Part shown: positions 47,078-55,942 of the stretch, one piece after another
Numbering within the stretch: the stretch's first letter is position 1
Layout of the letters: every line of letters starts with the position of its first letter
NCBI GenBank assembly: GCA_018992685.1
Contig: JACVGT010000038.1
Span: 1-55,942, forward strand
Reading direction: 5' to 3'
DNA: 55,942 nucleotides
Source of the DNA: Theionarchaea archaeon
GTDB taxonomy: Archaea; Methanobacteriota_B; Thermococci; Methanofastidiosales; SZ-28-30
The notes under the pieces: generated by a model
Database searches by the model: none
Told to the model about the DNA's origin: nothing
Seen by the model: only the letters and a program-made list of their open reading frames with translations
Position numbers and translations under genes: made by a program

Positions 47078-47321
47078 CGGCAGACGTTATCCATTTCACT
47101 CTTAAAGATAGCGTTCTCACCGTGGTCGAGGAAATGTGGCAACTCATGTATCCCCTGAATCTGAAGAGTCAATTCCGAATTATCCACCGAATTTCGAATG
47201 CCTTTGCTCAGACTATCGTGGATAATTCAAGGCAAAGCGGGAATGTCGCAGGATCTCTTCGATTCTATGATACACTTCGTGAGCCCACAAAAATAGAAAA
47301 CGAGAAGAGGACCAGAGTCCT

Positions 47322-47393
47322 CTACACCCTCTTCTCTTTCATTCTCAATTCATCTTCTATTCGCGTTTTCGCAAGCAGATACAGCTCGTGCAT
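47322..47393 (-). CDS. 23-aa microprotein MHELYLLAKTRIEDELRMKEKRV
   Basis: TATA at 47436-47429, GAGGTG RBS, 7-bp hairpin and pyrimidine tract at the stop. Homologous to 39266-39337. Confidence 0.65.
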   Translation of the reverse strand: MHELYLLAKTRIEDELRMKEKRV

Positions 47394-47625
47394 GTATAAC
47401 CACCTCATCCTTAAGTACATAAAGGTAGTATATAAACATTACGGTCATGTACTTAAAATATGTCAGAACATACTTTTTATACACTACAAGACGACAAACT
47501 TCAAAATGATATGGTCCAAGACTACATAGAAATGTACTTCAGAAGCTCGGGCGTCTAGGCTTCCACGGGTTACAGGCTTTCCACAACCTGCTGACGTGAA
47601 AGAAAAGGGGAACAAAAAAGGAAAA

Positions 47626-48840
47626 TTAGAGAGGGAATATTTTCTTGTAGTCGATTTCTGTCTTTTTTCCCTGTTCATCAATACGTTCGATTACGAAGGG
47701 TAATTCACCCTTGCCCGTTGACTGCAGGGCTTTTGCTGCCAGGCTCAGCACTTCCAGGGGATTGACACAGGCTTCCGGAGGTGAGACTCCTTTCTTGGGA
47801 ATCTTCCCCTGTGCCATGAGAGTTGCCCCAATGGCAGCAGGTATTCCTGTCCCTTCTCCCATTCCCTGGCCACGGGAACCCAGGGCAAAGATGTACTTTT
47901 CCTTCTTACCTTCACGTTCTCCTCCGACAACTATCTTCAAGCTCCCCATTGGTTCTGTGAAGCCTGCATTCTTCAGCAACTGTTCTCTCTGGGACAGAAT
48001 GAAAGCAACTGCAAAGTCCAATGGCACAACACGCCCACCATTCACTGTAATGGGTTCTTCACCGGTAATACCCAGTCTGACAACCCCTTTAATAAGCTCT
48101 GCATACCCCGGAGGCAGAACAAGCCCCAGGTTGGTCACACGCTGAACCCCTGTAATGTGCTGCGGTAGGGTAATGGTCTCTGGATGCGGATATGCATATA
48201 CGCGATATGTGCCAACACCCGGGAATTCACACTCTTCCTCCAGGGCCTGGCCACTCTCTTCAAACAGTCTCACATACTGAAGGGCGCCATTGAGAAACAC
48301 GGGGATCTCCATTTTCATGGAATGTATCCTGTGCTTCACCACCGCAGCTCCTTCTGTTTCCTCACCTCCATGAGCATGGTAGATATCAACTGATTTAATG
48401 TCAAAGAAATTCTCGCAGAACTTGACTAATACGTTGGCCAGTCCAGGTGAGCTCCCCATACCGATGAGTGCAGAGACATCGTTTTGGATTGCCTTCTGAT
48501 GGAGCTCCAGTTGCTCTATCGTTGCATCCAGATCATCACACACGTCCACATAATTGACTCCTTCTTCTATGGCTGCTGTGAGAATGGGTGGTCCATACTT
48601 GTAGAAAGGACCGACACAGTTGAGGACCACATCTGAACCTTTCATGACATCTCGCAGTTGTTCAGGGTCTTCAGCATTACACTTGACACAGAGCGTCTCA
48701 CACGAACACGTATCAGCTACATTTTCTGCATAGTGTATGTTGATGTCGCCAACGGTAATGGTATCAAATACTCCTAGAGCATCGAGTGTTTTTATGGCAG
48801 TGGTTCCTACTGTACCACAGCCTAGAACAGCAACCTGCAT
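47626..48840 (-). CDS. Saccharopine dehydrogenase-family oxidoreductase
   Basis: LGCGTVG, NCVGPFY, YVDVCDD, GMGSSPG, HPETITLP. Confidence 0.88.
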   Translation of the reverse strand: MQVAVLGCGTVGTTAIKTLDALGVFDTITVGDINIHYAENVADTCSCETLCVKCNAEDPEQLRDVMKGSDVVLNCVGPFYKYGPPILTAAIEEGVNYVDVCDDLDATIEQLELHQKAIQNDVSALIGMGSSPGLANVLVKFCENFFDIKSVDIYHAHGGEETEGAAVVKHRIHSMKMEIPVFLNGALQYVRLFEESGQALEEECEFPGVGTYRVYAYPHPETITLPQHITGVQRVTNLGLVLPPGYAELIKGVVRLGITGEEPITVNGGRVVPLDFAVAFILSQREQLLKNAGFTEPMGSLKIVVGGEREGKKEKYIFALGSRGQGMGEGTGIPAAIGATLMAQGKIPKKGVSPPEACVNPLEVLSLAAKALQSTGKGELPFVIERIDEQGKKTEIDYKKIFPL

Positions 48841-49300
48841 AACATCACCGATCCCATTTGACATGTTACGATATAAGCTTTTTGCGCCGTAGCGAAATTT
48901 TTTCTAGCTGGTTCCAGAAGCTTCTTCCCAATATGTTGCCTGATTGCAGATACATCTGAATCCTGATTTCCTTGTTGAATTCTCCACGGTGTTACACGTA
49001 TGGTTCAATGCAGACCATTCGATCCAGTTCAGAAAGAGTCTCGGCCTCAGGAATAGGTGTAGTGCTGAACAAATCTACTTCGTGGGAGGGAAAAAATTCA
49101 TGGTGGCAACTTGATTCATCAGATAACCCAATTTTCTCGATTTACCCTTTATTTTTTTGTCATACACAGGCGTCTCAGGCAAAATAAGGGCAGTATTTTT
49201 ACATTTCACAAAGATGGTTCAGAGATAATTCTCCATCTGTACTCGAAAGGGCGGCCCTAATCTTCAAAGAGAATGCAACCATAAGAAGAGTCCTCTCAAT

Positions 49301-50395
49301 TTACCTAGATGTCCCTAGTTGATTGTGGTGATTGTGGACAGTTCCGGTCCTTGTTGCGGAGTGGTTCCGTGAGATTCGTAAAGAGATCAGAAGCCCTCCC
49401 AGGACCAACACTGAGAGAAGAAGGGAACCCAGGCACATGCCATCCTGGTCAATATATGTGCCATAGATGTCATTGTTGTTGGCTCTGAAATCTTGAAAGA
49501 CCACAGTTTTCTCGAAGATAGCGGGGAATCCTTGCTCACTGGGGTGGGCTGTGACTACAAATTCCTTCCGAGTAGAGAGGTTAAATCCATAGATATCAGT
49601 ATTCCCGTTCCTCAAGTCCATCCATATTACAATATCTCCATAAACTGAAGGGATGCCCTGATCATATGAATTAGTTGTTACAGAGAACTCCTCTCCAGTA
49701 TACAGGTTGAATCCGTAAATATCAGCATTTCCATTTCTCTTATCTGTCCATACCACAAAATCCCCTGAGATTTTTGCCAGTCTCTGATCAGCAGGATCAT
49801 CAGTTATCTGGAATTCTTCCTTGGTCGTTAAATCGAACCCGTAGACGTCGAAGTTTCCATTTCTATTGTCTTCCCAGATGACAGTGTCTTTGTTGATACA
49901 GGGGTAGCGTTGTTCACTGGCATCAGAACAAATGGGGAATTGTTCATTGGTCTTGAGGTCTACGGCGTAAATGTCATAGTTTCCATTCCTGTTATCTTCA
50001 AACACTACGATATCTCCATAGATCTGGGGAACCCATTGCTCGCTGGTCTCAATTACCAGGGGAAACTCTTCCGTGGTCTCGAGGTTATACCCATAAAGGT
50101 CAAAGTTCCCATTCCTATCATCCATGAACACAATGATGTTATCATAGATTGCAGGAAATCCCTGCTCGCTTTCATTGGTTGATATGGGGAACTCTTTTCT
50201 GGTGGAGAGGTTAAATGCATAGATATCATGATTTCCATTTCTGTCATCCTCCCATACCACGATGTCCTGGTAAAGTGCGGGAACCCACTGGTCGCCCGGG
50301 CCCACCACAACGGTGAACTCCTTCGTCGCATCCACGCACAAGATGAACAGTAGAAAGATGATGAGGGTACCGGCAAGTGTATTGGCTGATTTCAT
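49301..50395 (-). CDS. Beta-propeller repeat cell-surface protein (Methanosarcina-type repeat)
   Basis: Repeats of Q..PAIY.DIVVW.D.RNGN.DIY..NL.T..EF, a signal peptide, and a C-terminal CLGS plus TM segment. Confidence 0.85.
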   Translation of the reverse strand: MKSANTLAGTLIIFLLFILCVDATKEFTVVVGPGDQWVPALYQDIVVWEDDRNGNHDIYAFNLSTRKEFPISTNESEQGFPAIYDNIIVFMDDRNGNFDLYGYNLETTEEFPLVIETSEQWVPQIYGDIVVFEDNRNGNYDIYAVDLKTNEQFPICSDASEQRYPCINKDTVIWEDNRNGNFDVYGFDLTTKEEFQITDDPADQRLAKISGDFVVWTDKRNGNADIYGFNLYTGEEFSVTTNSYDQGIPSVYGDIVIWMDLRNGNTDIYGFNLSTRKEFVVTAHPSEQGFPAIFEKTVVFQDFRANNNDIYGTYIDQDGMCLGSLLLSVLVLGGLLISLRISRNHSATRTGTVHNHHNQLGTSR

Positions 50396-50524
50396 GTGTT
50401 CCTCCTGTATACGTTACAGACCGTGTAGAACATATAAGGGTTCTGTATGGCCACAATTCACTGATGTCAGGGTGGGCCGTGGTGAGGGGAACGAAGGCAA
50501 CCGAGAGTTCAGGTTTAGAACCCT

Positions 50525-51208
50525 CTAATCTACTGTGTTCAGGAACCTCTCTACTGCAGAATTGAATACCTCTGGCTGTTCCAGCATAGCCATGTGCCCA
50601 CAGTTCTCAATAATTTCGAGACGTGCACTCTTGATGCTGTCTGCCAGATATTGTGAGTACTTCAAGGGCGTCAATACATCCTGCTGGCCAGCTATTACAA
50701 GAGTGGGGACAGATATTCTGTGGATTTCCTCCATGACATTGAATGTGTCACATGCCAGAAAGTCGTTGTACGTTACACGTGGGGGTGTGGCGAGCATTTC
50801 TCTTCGGGAGTGGGTCATGATCTGCTCTGTTTTGTTGTGAATGGCATTAGTCAGAATGAGATCAACAGTTTCCTCATAGTGGTCAATGATATTCTCAAGG
50901 ATCGCTGGCACCACGCGCAGTTTTGCTCCTGCTCCAGTCAGGACACAGGCAGCTGCAGGATATTTCAGGACGTAACTCAGAGCGATTGCACTACCCATTG
51001 AGTGACCAATAAGAACGGCATCGTCACTTGGTTTAGCAGATCTCCACACGTCCTCAACATAGTCAGAGATCGTGTCTCTCCCATCTCCGGAGGTTCCACC
51101 ATGTCCAGGCAGGTCTATGAGCTGTATTTTGTGACGAGAAAAGTGTCTCTTCTGGAAAGTCCATACCTTGCTGCTGCTTCCAGCGCCGTGGATAAAAACA
51201 AGGTTCAT
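50525..51208 (-). CDS. Alpha/beta hydrolase
   Basis: FIHGAG, DLPGHG, GHSMG, catalytic Asp and His (CGH). Confidence 0.9.
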   Translation of the reverse strand: MNLVFIHGAGSSSKVWTFQKRHFSRHKIQLIDLPGHGGTSGDGRDTISDYVEDVWRSAKPSDDAVLIGHSMGSAIALSYVLKYPAAACVLTGAGAKLRVVPAILENIIDHYEETVDLILTNAIHNKTEQIMTHSRREMLATPPRVTYNDFLACDTFNVMEEIHRISVPTLVIAGQQDVLTPLKYSQYLADSIKSARLEIIENCGHMAMLEQPEVFNSAVERFLNTVD

Positions 51209-51423
51209 GGAGGTTCTTGTAAGAAGGCCTTTTAGAGGTTTGTTTCTGGCATGTGGATGATACCCGGGTATTGAGGATTCAGGTTCTTTTGAGGGTATAG
51301 TCAAGAATGGTGATCATCCGATTTCACGATGACGCATGCAGGTGAACCCTTCTGTCCATACGTTCACTGATCATTGAGATCACCATGAGAGACCGTGAGC
51401 ACTTGCGCCCAGTGAGCACATGC

Positions 51424-52092
51424 TCAGTATCCTGCTGCAACCTGTGAGATAATCCTGTTTTCAGCCTTCCTCAAATGTTCAACAGTGGTAGCCTTGCTTA
51501 TGCCCAGCTTCTCAGAGAGTTCTTCTGCTGTAATATCCCGAGGAACATTATAGTACCCATTTTTGTGGGCAGTCAGCATGACTTCTTTCTGCCTTTCAGT
51601 AAGACAGGACAGCACATTGTACTTGGAAAAGGTTGCCTTGTGGAAGGAGAGACTCTTAATGATCTTCATTGCCTTGAATACCTGCAGCATCTTTCTCAGG
51701 GTTTGACTGTCTGAAATAATGGAGAAAACAATTTTTTTCTCTGAAGCAATAAAAGGAAAATCAAAAATAATATTTTCAGCCAGTAATGACCTCCAGGGCT
51801 GCATATCCTTCATTTTTTGAAATGATTTTTTGAATTCTACCTTTGCCAGGCATGTGTACAGAGTATCTTTCTGTTCCAGAATATCTAAAAAGTAAAACTC
51901 AGCAGGGATTCTTACATCGTCGAGTGTTTTCCCCTCTTTGACCTTGATATCCAAAACTACTACTTTGATCCCCTTTTCAACATCCAGCTTCAGTAATGCT
52001 CTTCCTTCCACATACTCAATACAATCGAAAAAATCACCCGGTAGCAGCTTGAACGCAAATCCGGGATTCAATTCAATGATCATCTTTTGCAT
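51424..52092 (-). CDS. HTH_10 (Bat-like) transcription regulator
   Basis: LTERQKEV..A...GYY..PR...EEL...LGISKATTVEHLRKAE. Confidence 0.88.
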   Translation of the reverse strand: MQKMIIELNPGFAFKLLPGDFFDCIEYVEGRALLKLDVEKGIKVVVLDIKVKEGKTLDDVRIPAEFYFLDILEQKDTLYTCLAKVEFKKSFQKMKDMQPWRSLLAENIIFDFPFIASEKKIVFSIISDSQTLRKMLQVFKAMKIIKSLSFHKATFSKYNVLSCLTERQKEVMLTAHKNGYYNVPRDITAEELSEKLGISKATTVEHLRKAENRIISQVAAGY

Positions 52093-52522
52093 ACCCCCCC
52101 TTTGGGATGATGATTTTTATAGTTAGTGATTCCCCTGGTGATGCTCATGTTCGGGGTCATACCATCCTTCTGAACGTAGTGAATGATCGGGAACGTCCTG
52201 CAGTTTTCGCACTTTACTGGCTCACGGTAACCAGGTATGAAGGAATACAATTGCACATTTCATTCAGCAGCAGATCAAAGAGATAACATACACCTGTTGT
52301 TGTTATCAACAAACCAAACAGCTGCAACTGAATTCTGATGTGCCGTGTGAGAAATATCAGTCGGGCTGAGTGATTCACCCTTTCAAGGGTGCAGAAGGCG
52401 TGCAGAAATCATCTTCATTCGGAGCAGATCATTCATTTGGAGCTACTTTATAACCTACCTCACATGGTCGGCACAACCCTTTAAATATGACGTGTTCTAT
52501 AATATAACAGGACAGTGATCCC

Positions 52523-53374
52523 ATGATAATTGAAGCTGAAACCCTCACCTACAGTTATGATGAGCATCTGGCAGTGGATCACATTTCTTTCTCCGTAGAC
52601 AAGGGAGAAATCCTTGGGTTTTTGGGACCCAACGGTGCGGGGAAAACCACCACCACCAAAATGCTCACCGGCCAGCTCATCCCACAGGAGGGATGGGCGA
52701 AAATTTTGGGAATTGATATTTCCAGTGACCCTAAGAAAGTCCACGAACGGATTGGGGTATGTTTTGAAGAGAAGAACTTGTACCCCCGACTAACAGTCAG
52801 AGAAAACCTGAAGTTCTTTGCCGACCTCTTCGGCATTAACCCTGATCTGGATGAACTGCTGAAACGGGTAGACCTCACAAAGTGGGCTGATGACCGAGCA
52901 GAAACGCTGTCGAAAGGGCTACAGCAGCGGGTCATGTTTGCCCGGTCATTGATCAATGATCCAGACATACTTTTCCTGGATGAACCCACCAGTGGCCTTG
53001 ATCCCATTTCTGCCGATGCTATCAGGCAGATTATTGTGACCGAGAAGAGAAAAGGAAAGACCATCTTTCTAACTACTCACAACATGATGGAAGCAGATAA
53101 ACTGTCAGATAGAGTGGCGTTCATTAATGAAGGGAAGATTGTGGCATTAGATACACCTGAAAACTTGAAGCTAAAACTGGGAAAACGAGCTCTCAAGGTG
53201 CGAATGCGGACGCAGACAGGATTTGAAGAGGAGACACTACCTCTTGATGATCCCAAGACCCCTGAAAGGACCAAGGACCTTCTGAAGACGAAGGAAGTGG
53301 CTACGATCCACACCCAGGAAGCTACCTTGGAAGAAGTGTTCATACAACTGACAGGGAGGAAGTTGGAACAATGA
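52523..53374 (+). CDS. ABC transporter ATP-binding protein
   Basis: GPNGAGKTT, LSKG, LDEPTSGLD. Confidence 0.93.
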   Translation: MIIEAETLTYSYDEHLAVDHISFSVDKGEILGFLGPNGAGKTTTTKMLTGQLIPQEGWAKILGIDISSDPKKVHERIGVCFEEKNLYPRLTVRENLKFFADLFGINPDLDELLKRVDLTKWADDRAETLSKGLQQRVMFARSLINDPDILFLDEPTSGLDPISADAIRQIIVTEKRKGKTIFLTTHNMMEADKLSDRVAFINEGKIVALDTPENLKLKLGKRALKVRMRTQTGFEEETLPLDDPKTPERTKDLLKTKEVATIHTQEATLEEVFIQLTGRKLEQ

Positions 53375-54420
53375 ACCCTCAATGCGTTAAGGCTATTGCC
53401 AAGAAGGATACAATTGCGGCTATGAGAAACAGTCTGGTACTCATGGGACTCATTTCTGGTATTCTGTTTGCTGGAGTATACTACGTTCTACCAGCCAGTG
53501 TTGAAGAAACCTTTGACCTAGCAGTGTATGGTGAGTCACAGTTTTTTTCTCAATTCGGGGAGGAAGAGGGGATTGCGTTTCATCCTTTCGGATCTCCAGG
53601 AGATGTTGAAAAAGCAGTGGATGAAGGTGACTATGTAGCAGGGTTGGTGCTCCCTGAGAATTTTGATTCGTTACTCATGTCAGGCAAGAAGCCGGAAATT
53701 ACACTTTACTTTGATTCAGAGCAGCCAGAAAATGTGAGAACATCTATCACGTACTTTATGGAACTGGCAGTTGAATCTGCAGCCCTACAAACACCACTGC
53801 CCCAGATGGAAGGAGAGATTCTGGGAGAGGACATGGCAGGAGAACAGATTCCCTTAAGAGAGCAATCCATACCCCTCTATCTGGTTATGGCTCTCGTGAT
53901 GGAGATGTGGACCATATCTACTCTGATAGTCGAGGAGAGTGCTGCAGGGACATTGAGAGCAGTCTTGGTCACCCCTGCTTCTCCTTCTGACGTGATACTG
54001 TCGAAAGGAATTGTGGGCATTGGATATTCTCTCCTTGTTGCCGTTGCCATAATAATCCTGACACAGACCTTTAGAGGGGATCTGCCTGTTCTGTTTCTGG
54101 GAGTCCTCTTGGGAGCTATTCTGTCGGTGACGTTGGGATTGTTTCTGGGAAGCCTCACTGAGAACATCATTGGTTCTTATATCTATGTGGGTGTCCCCCT
54201 GCTGGTGCTGATACTCCCTGGATTGGTGATTCTGTTGCCTGGCGTTTCACTTTCTGTGATGAAGGTCATACCAACCTATTACCTGGTGGATGCAGTAAAC
54301 CAGATTCTCAACCACGGCGCTGGGCTTTCTGATGTATGGAAAGAATTCGCCGTAGTGGGTGTATTTGATGTGATATTCTTCTTCCTCGGAGTGACTGCCC
54401 TCAGGAGGCGATACTCATGA
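53371..54420 (+). CDS. ABC-2 type permease
   Basis: Multi-TM protein with EE..GTLRAVLVTP. ATGA overlap with the ATPase. Confidence 0.88.
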   Translation: MNPQCVKAIAKKDTIAAMRNSLVLMGLISGILFAGVYYVLPASVEETFDLAVYGESQFFSQFGEEEGIAFHPFGSPGDVEKAVDEGDYVAGLVLPENFDSLLMSGKKPEITLYFDSEQPENVRTSITYFMELAVESAALQTPLPQMEGEILGEDMAGEQIPLREQSIPLYLVMALVMEMWTISTLIVEESAAGTLRAVLVTPASPSDVILSKGIVGIGYSLLVAVAIIILTQTFRGDLPVLFLGVLLGAILSVTLGLFLGSLTENIIGSYIYVGVPLLVLILPGLVILLPGVSLSVMKVIPTYYLVDAVNQILNHGAGLSDVWKEFAVVGVFDVIFFFLGVTALRRRYS

Positions 54421-55445
54421 ACGTTGGTCGGCTGTTCCAGATGACTAAAAAGGATATTAGGCTCGTCACAAGGGAGGGGTTCTTTTTGTTCATGATTATC
54501 ATGCCCATTTTCATGTCTCTGGCACTCAATGCAGCTCTGGGCAGTGTGGGAACATCTGCCCCTACTGTTGGAGTGTTCGGAGAAAGCGAGTTGATACCTC
54601 TGCTTGAGCAGGAACCTTCAATTCACCTGGTTACAGCTGATTCTGAACAGGGACTGAGGAATAACGTCCTTGAAGGAGAGTACGATGCAGGTATCGCGTT
54701 TGAGAGTGGGAGCCCTCCTCGTGTTCTGGTTTCTGGCAAGAGCCTCCTGAATGATCGGCTGACTGTTGGAGCCACGCTGGTGAAGGTCTACCGGGAGCAG
54801 ATGGGAGCTGAAAATGTGGTCTCCTTTGACACCAAGGTTGTGGGTGGGGAAGAGTATCCCCTGAGAATACGTATGGTACCTTTTCTCCTGATTATTTCTG
54901 CCATGGTGGGCGGGCTGATCCTTTCCTCCTCCTTGGTTGAAGAACGAGAATTGAAAACCCTGAATGCTGTTCTAGTGACTCCCATTACGCCCCTGGAGGT
55001 CGTCATGGCTAAGACATTATTCGGGCTGTTTCTGGGATTGGTGCTGGGCACGATTATTCTTGTTCTGAATGGTTCTCTCACTGGTGGACTGTACCTGGTG
55101 CTTCTATTCCTGATTCTGGGAACACTGTTTGCCGTGGGGCTGGGGTTGATTGGAGGAGTGATGATGAAAAATATCACTGATCTGATAACCCGGATGAAAA
55201 TCGTGGGAGTATTCCTGTGGTTTCCTGCCCTGGTCTTACTGTTTCCCAGTATCCCCCAGTGGCTGGGTAAGTTCTTTCCCACGTACTATTTCGTTCATCC
55301 TATCCTGGCCATAACCCAGGATGGAGCCACGCTTTCAGACATATGGTGGGAAGGAGTTATCCTCCTTGCAATCGACGTGGTAGTTCTTCTCTTTGCTTCC
55401 AGAGTATTGAGGGAGCGAATGACTGGTAAAACATTCAGAGTGTAG
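54417..55445 (+). CDS. ABC-2 type permease
   Basis: Multi-TM protein with EERELKTLNAVLVTP. Confidence 0.88.
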   Translation: MNVGRLFQMTKKDIRLVTREGFFLFMIIMPIFMSLALNAALGSVGTSAPTVGVFGESELIPLLEQEPSIHLVTADSEQGLRNNVLEGEYDAGIAFESGSPPRVLVSGKSLLNDRLTVGATLVKVYREQMGAENVVSFDTKVVGGEEYPLRIRMVPFLLIISAMVGGLILSSSLVEERELKTLNAVLVTPITPLEVVMAKTLFGLFLGLVLGTIILVLNGSLTGGLYLVLLFLILGTLFAVGLGLIGGVMMKNITDLITRMKIVGVFLWFPALVLLFPSIPQWLGKFFPTYYFVHPILAITQDGATLSDIWWEGVILLAIDVVVLLFASRVLRERMTGKTFRV

Positions 55446-55523
55446 GTGACGACCCAGTATTGATGCCTACTCTCTTTCATCTTTTTGCAAATGGTTAAAT
55501 AGGCGACTCGATATGGTACGGTT

Positions 55524-55942
55524 ATGAAATACATTGTGGCCCATGACGTTGGGACCAGTGGAAGCAAGGGGACGCTCATAGATTTTAACCTGAATATACG
55601 GGATGCTCGATCTTTTGATTACGAGATCGTGTTCTCCAGAAAGAGCTTTGCAGAACAGGACCCCGAAGACTGGTGGAAGGCCATAGTGAATACAACTCGA
55701 ACCCTCCTGGAAGAGAATCAGACTTCTCCGGAGGACATCGCAGCCATAGTCTTTTCTGCCCAGATGGCTGGGGTTGTCCCTGTTGACGCACAGGGAAATC
55801 CTCTCATGAACTGCATGACCTGGCTGGATTCCAGAGCGGCCGGGCAGGCGAAGAAAATCATCGGGAAAGGGATTTTGAAAGTTTCAGGGTATTCTTTGAT
55901 ACCATTGTTCCAATTTTTGAGAATTACAGGAGGCTCACCGGG
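55524..55942 (+). CDS. FGGY-family carbohydrate kinase (xylulokinase-like), 3'-partial
   Basis: Manual translation gives MKYIVAHDVGTSGSKG..AEQDPEDWW..SAQMAG..WLDSRA. Runs off the window end. Confidence 0.88.
   Translation, partial: MKYIVAHDVGTSGSKGTLIDFNLNIRDARSFDYEIVFSRKSFAEQDPEDWWKAIVNTTRTLLEENQTSPEDIAAIVFSAQMAGVVPVDAQGNPLMNCMTWLDSRAAGQAKKIIGKGILKVSGYSLIPLFQFLRITGGSP

Noticed and set aside
9862-55791. Many antisense or nested ORFs in the six-frame track (for example 9862-10650, 21829-22419, 33241-33993)
   Set aside because: They are shadows of well-supported genes, with no motifs or initiation signals.
1-55942. Integrated mobile element, DGR, rRNA or tRNA genes
   Set aside because: No integrase, transposase, reverse transcriptase, att-like repeats, cloverleaf or rRNA signature was recognised by eye.

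Overview
Archaeal chromosomal window. The archaeal assignment rests on archaeal-type LeuRS and MetRS, BRE/TATA promoters, GGAGGTGA-type RBSs, TrmB, KaiC-like ATPases and an S-layer-family protein. The gene mix suggests a Thermococci-related lineage such as Theionarchaea, which is inference only. The first ~7.8 kb is an accessory region: a 5'-partial Rhs protein with an HExxH C-terminal domain coupled to a TolB-like protein, a relic of a second such cassette, an orphan 3-repeat CRISPR array, a RelBE-type TA pair, a tandem-HTH regulator flanked by two short ORFs ending in Pro-Gly, a decayed Cas4-like nuclease, a HEAT-repeat gene and a His-rich VNTR protein. The rest is mostly housekeeping and metabolism (nth, birA, mce, methylmalonyl-CoA mutase, R15P isomerase, acyl-CoA dehydrogenase, metG, rlmE, wecB/wecC-like, leuS, trkHA, ABC exporters). 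The most novel-looking signals are: (i) two dispersed homologous 23-aa microprotein genes with matching expression architecture; (ii) a promoter-driven ~115-nt multi-stem RNA; (iii) a stand-alone GGDEF-like domain paired with a PHP phosphoesterase; (iv) the regulator/peptide module; (v) the orphan CRISPR, TA and Cas4-relic cluster; (vi) a candidate anti-SD sRNA. No tRNA, rRNA, transposase or intact cas gene was recognised. All calls are by eye, with no database searches.
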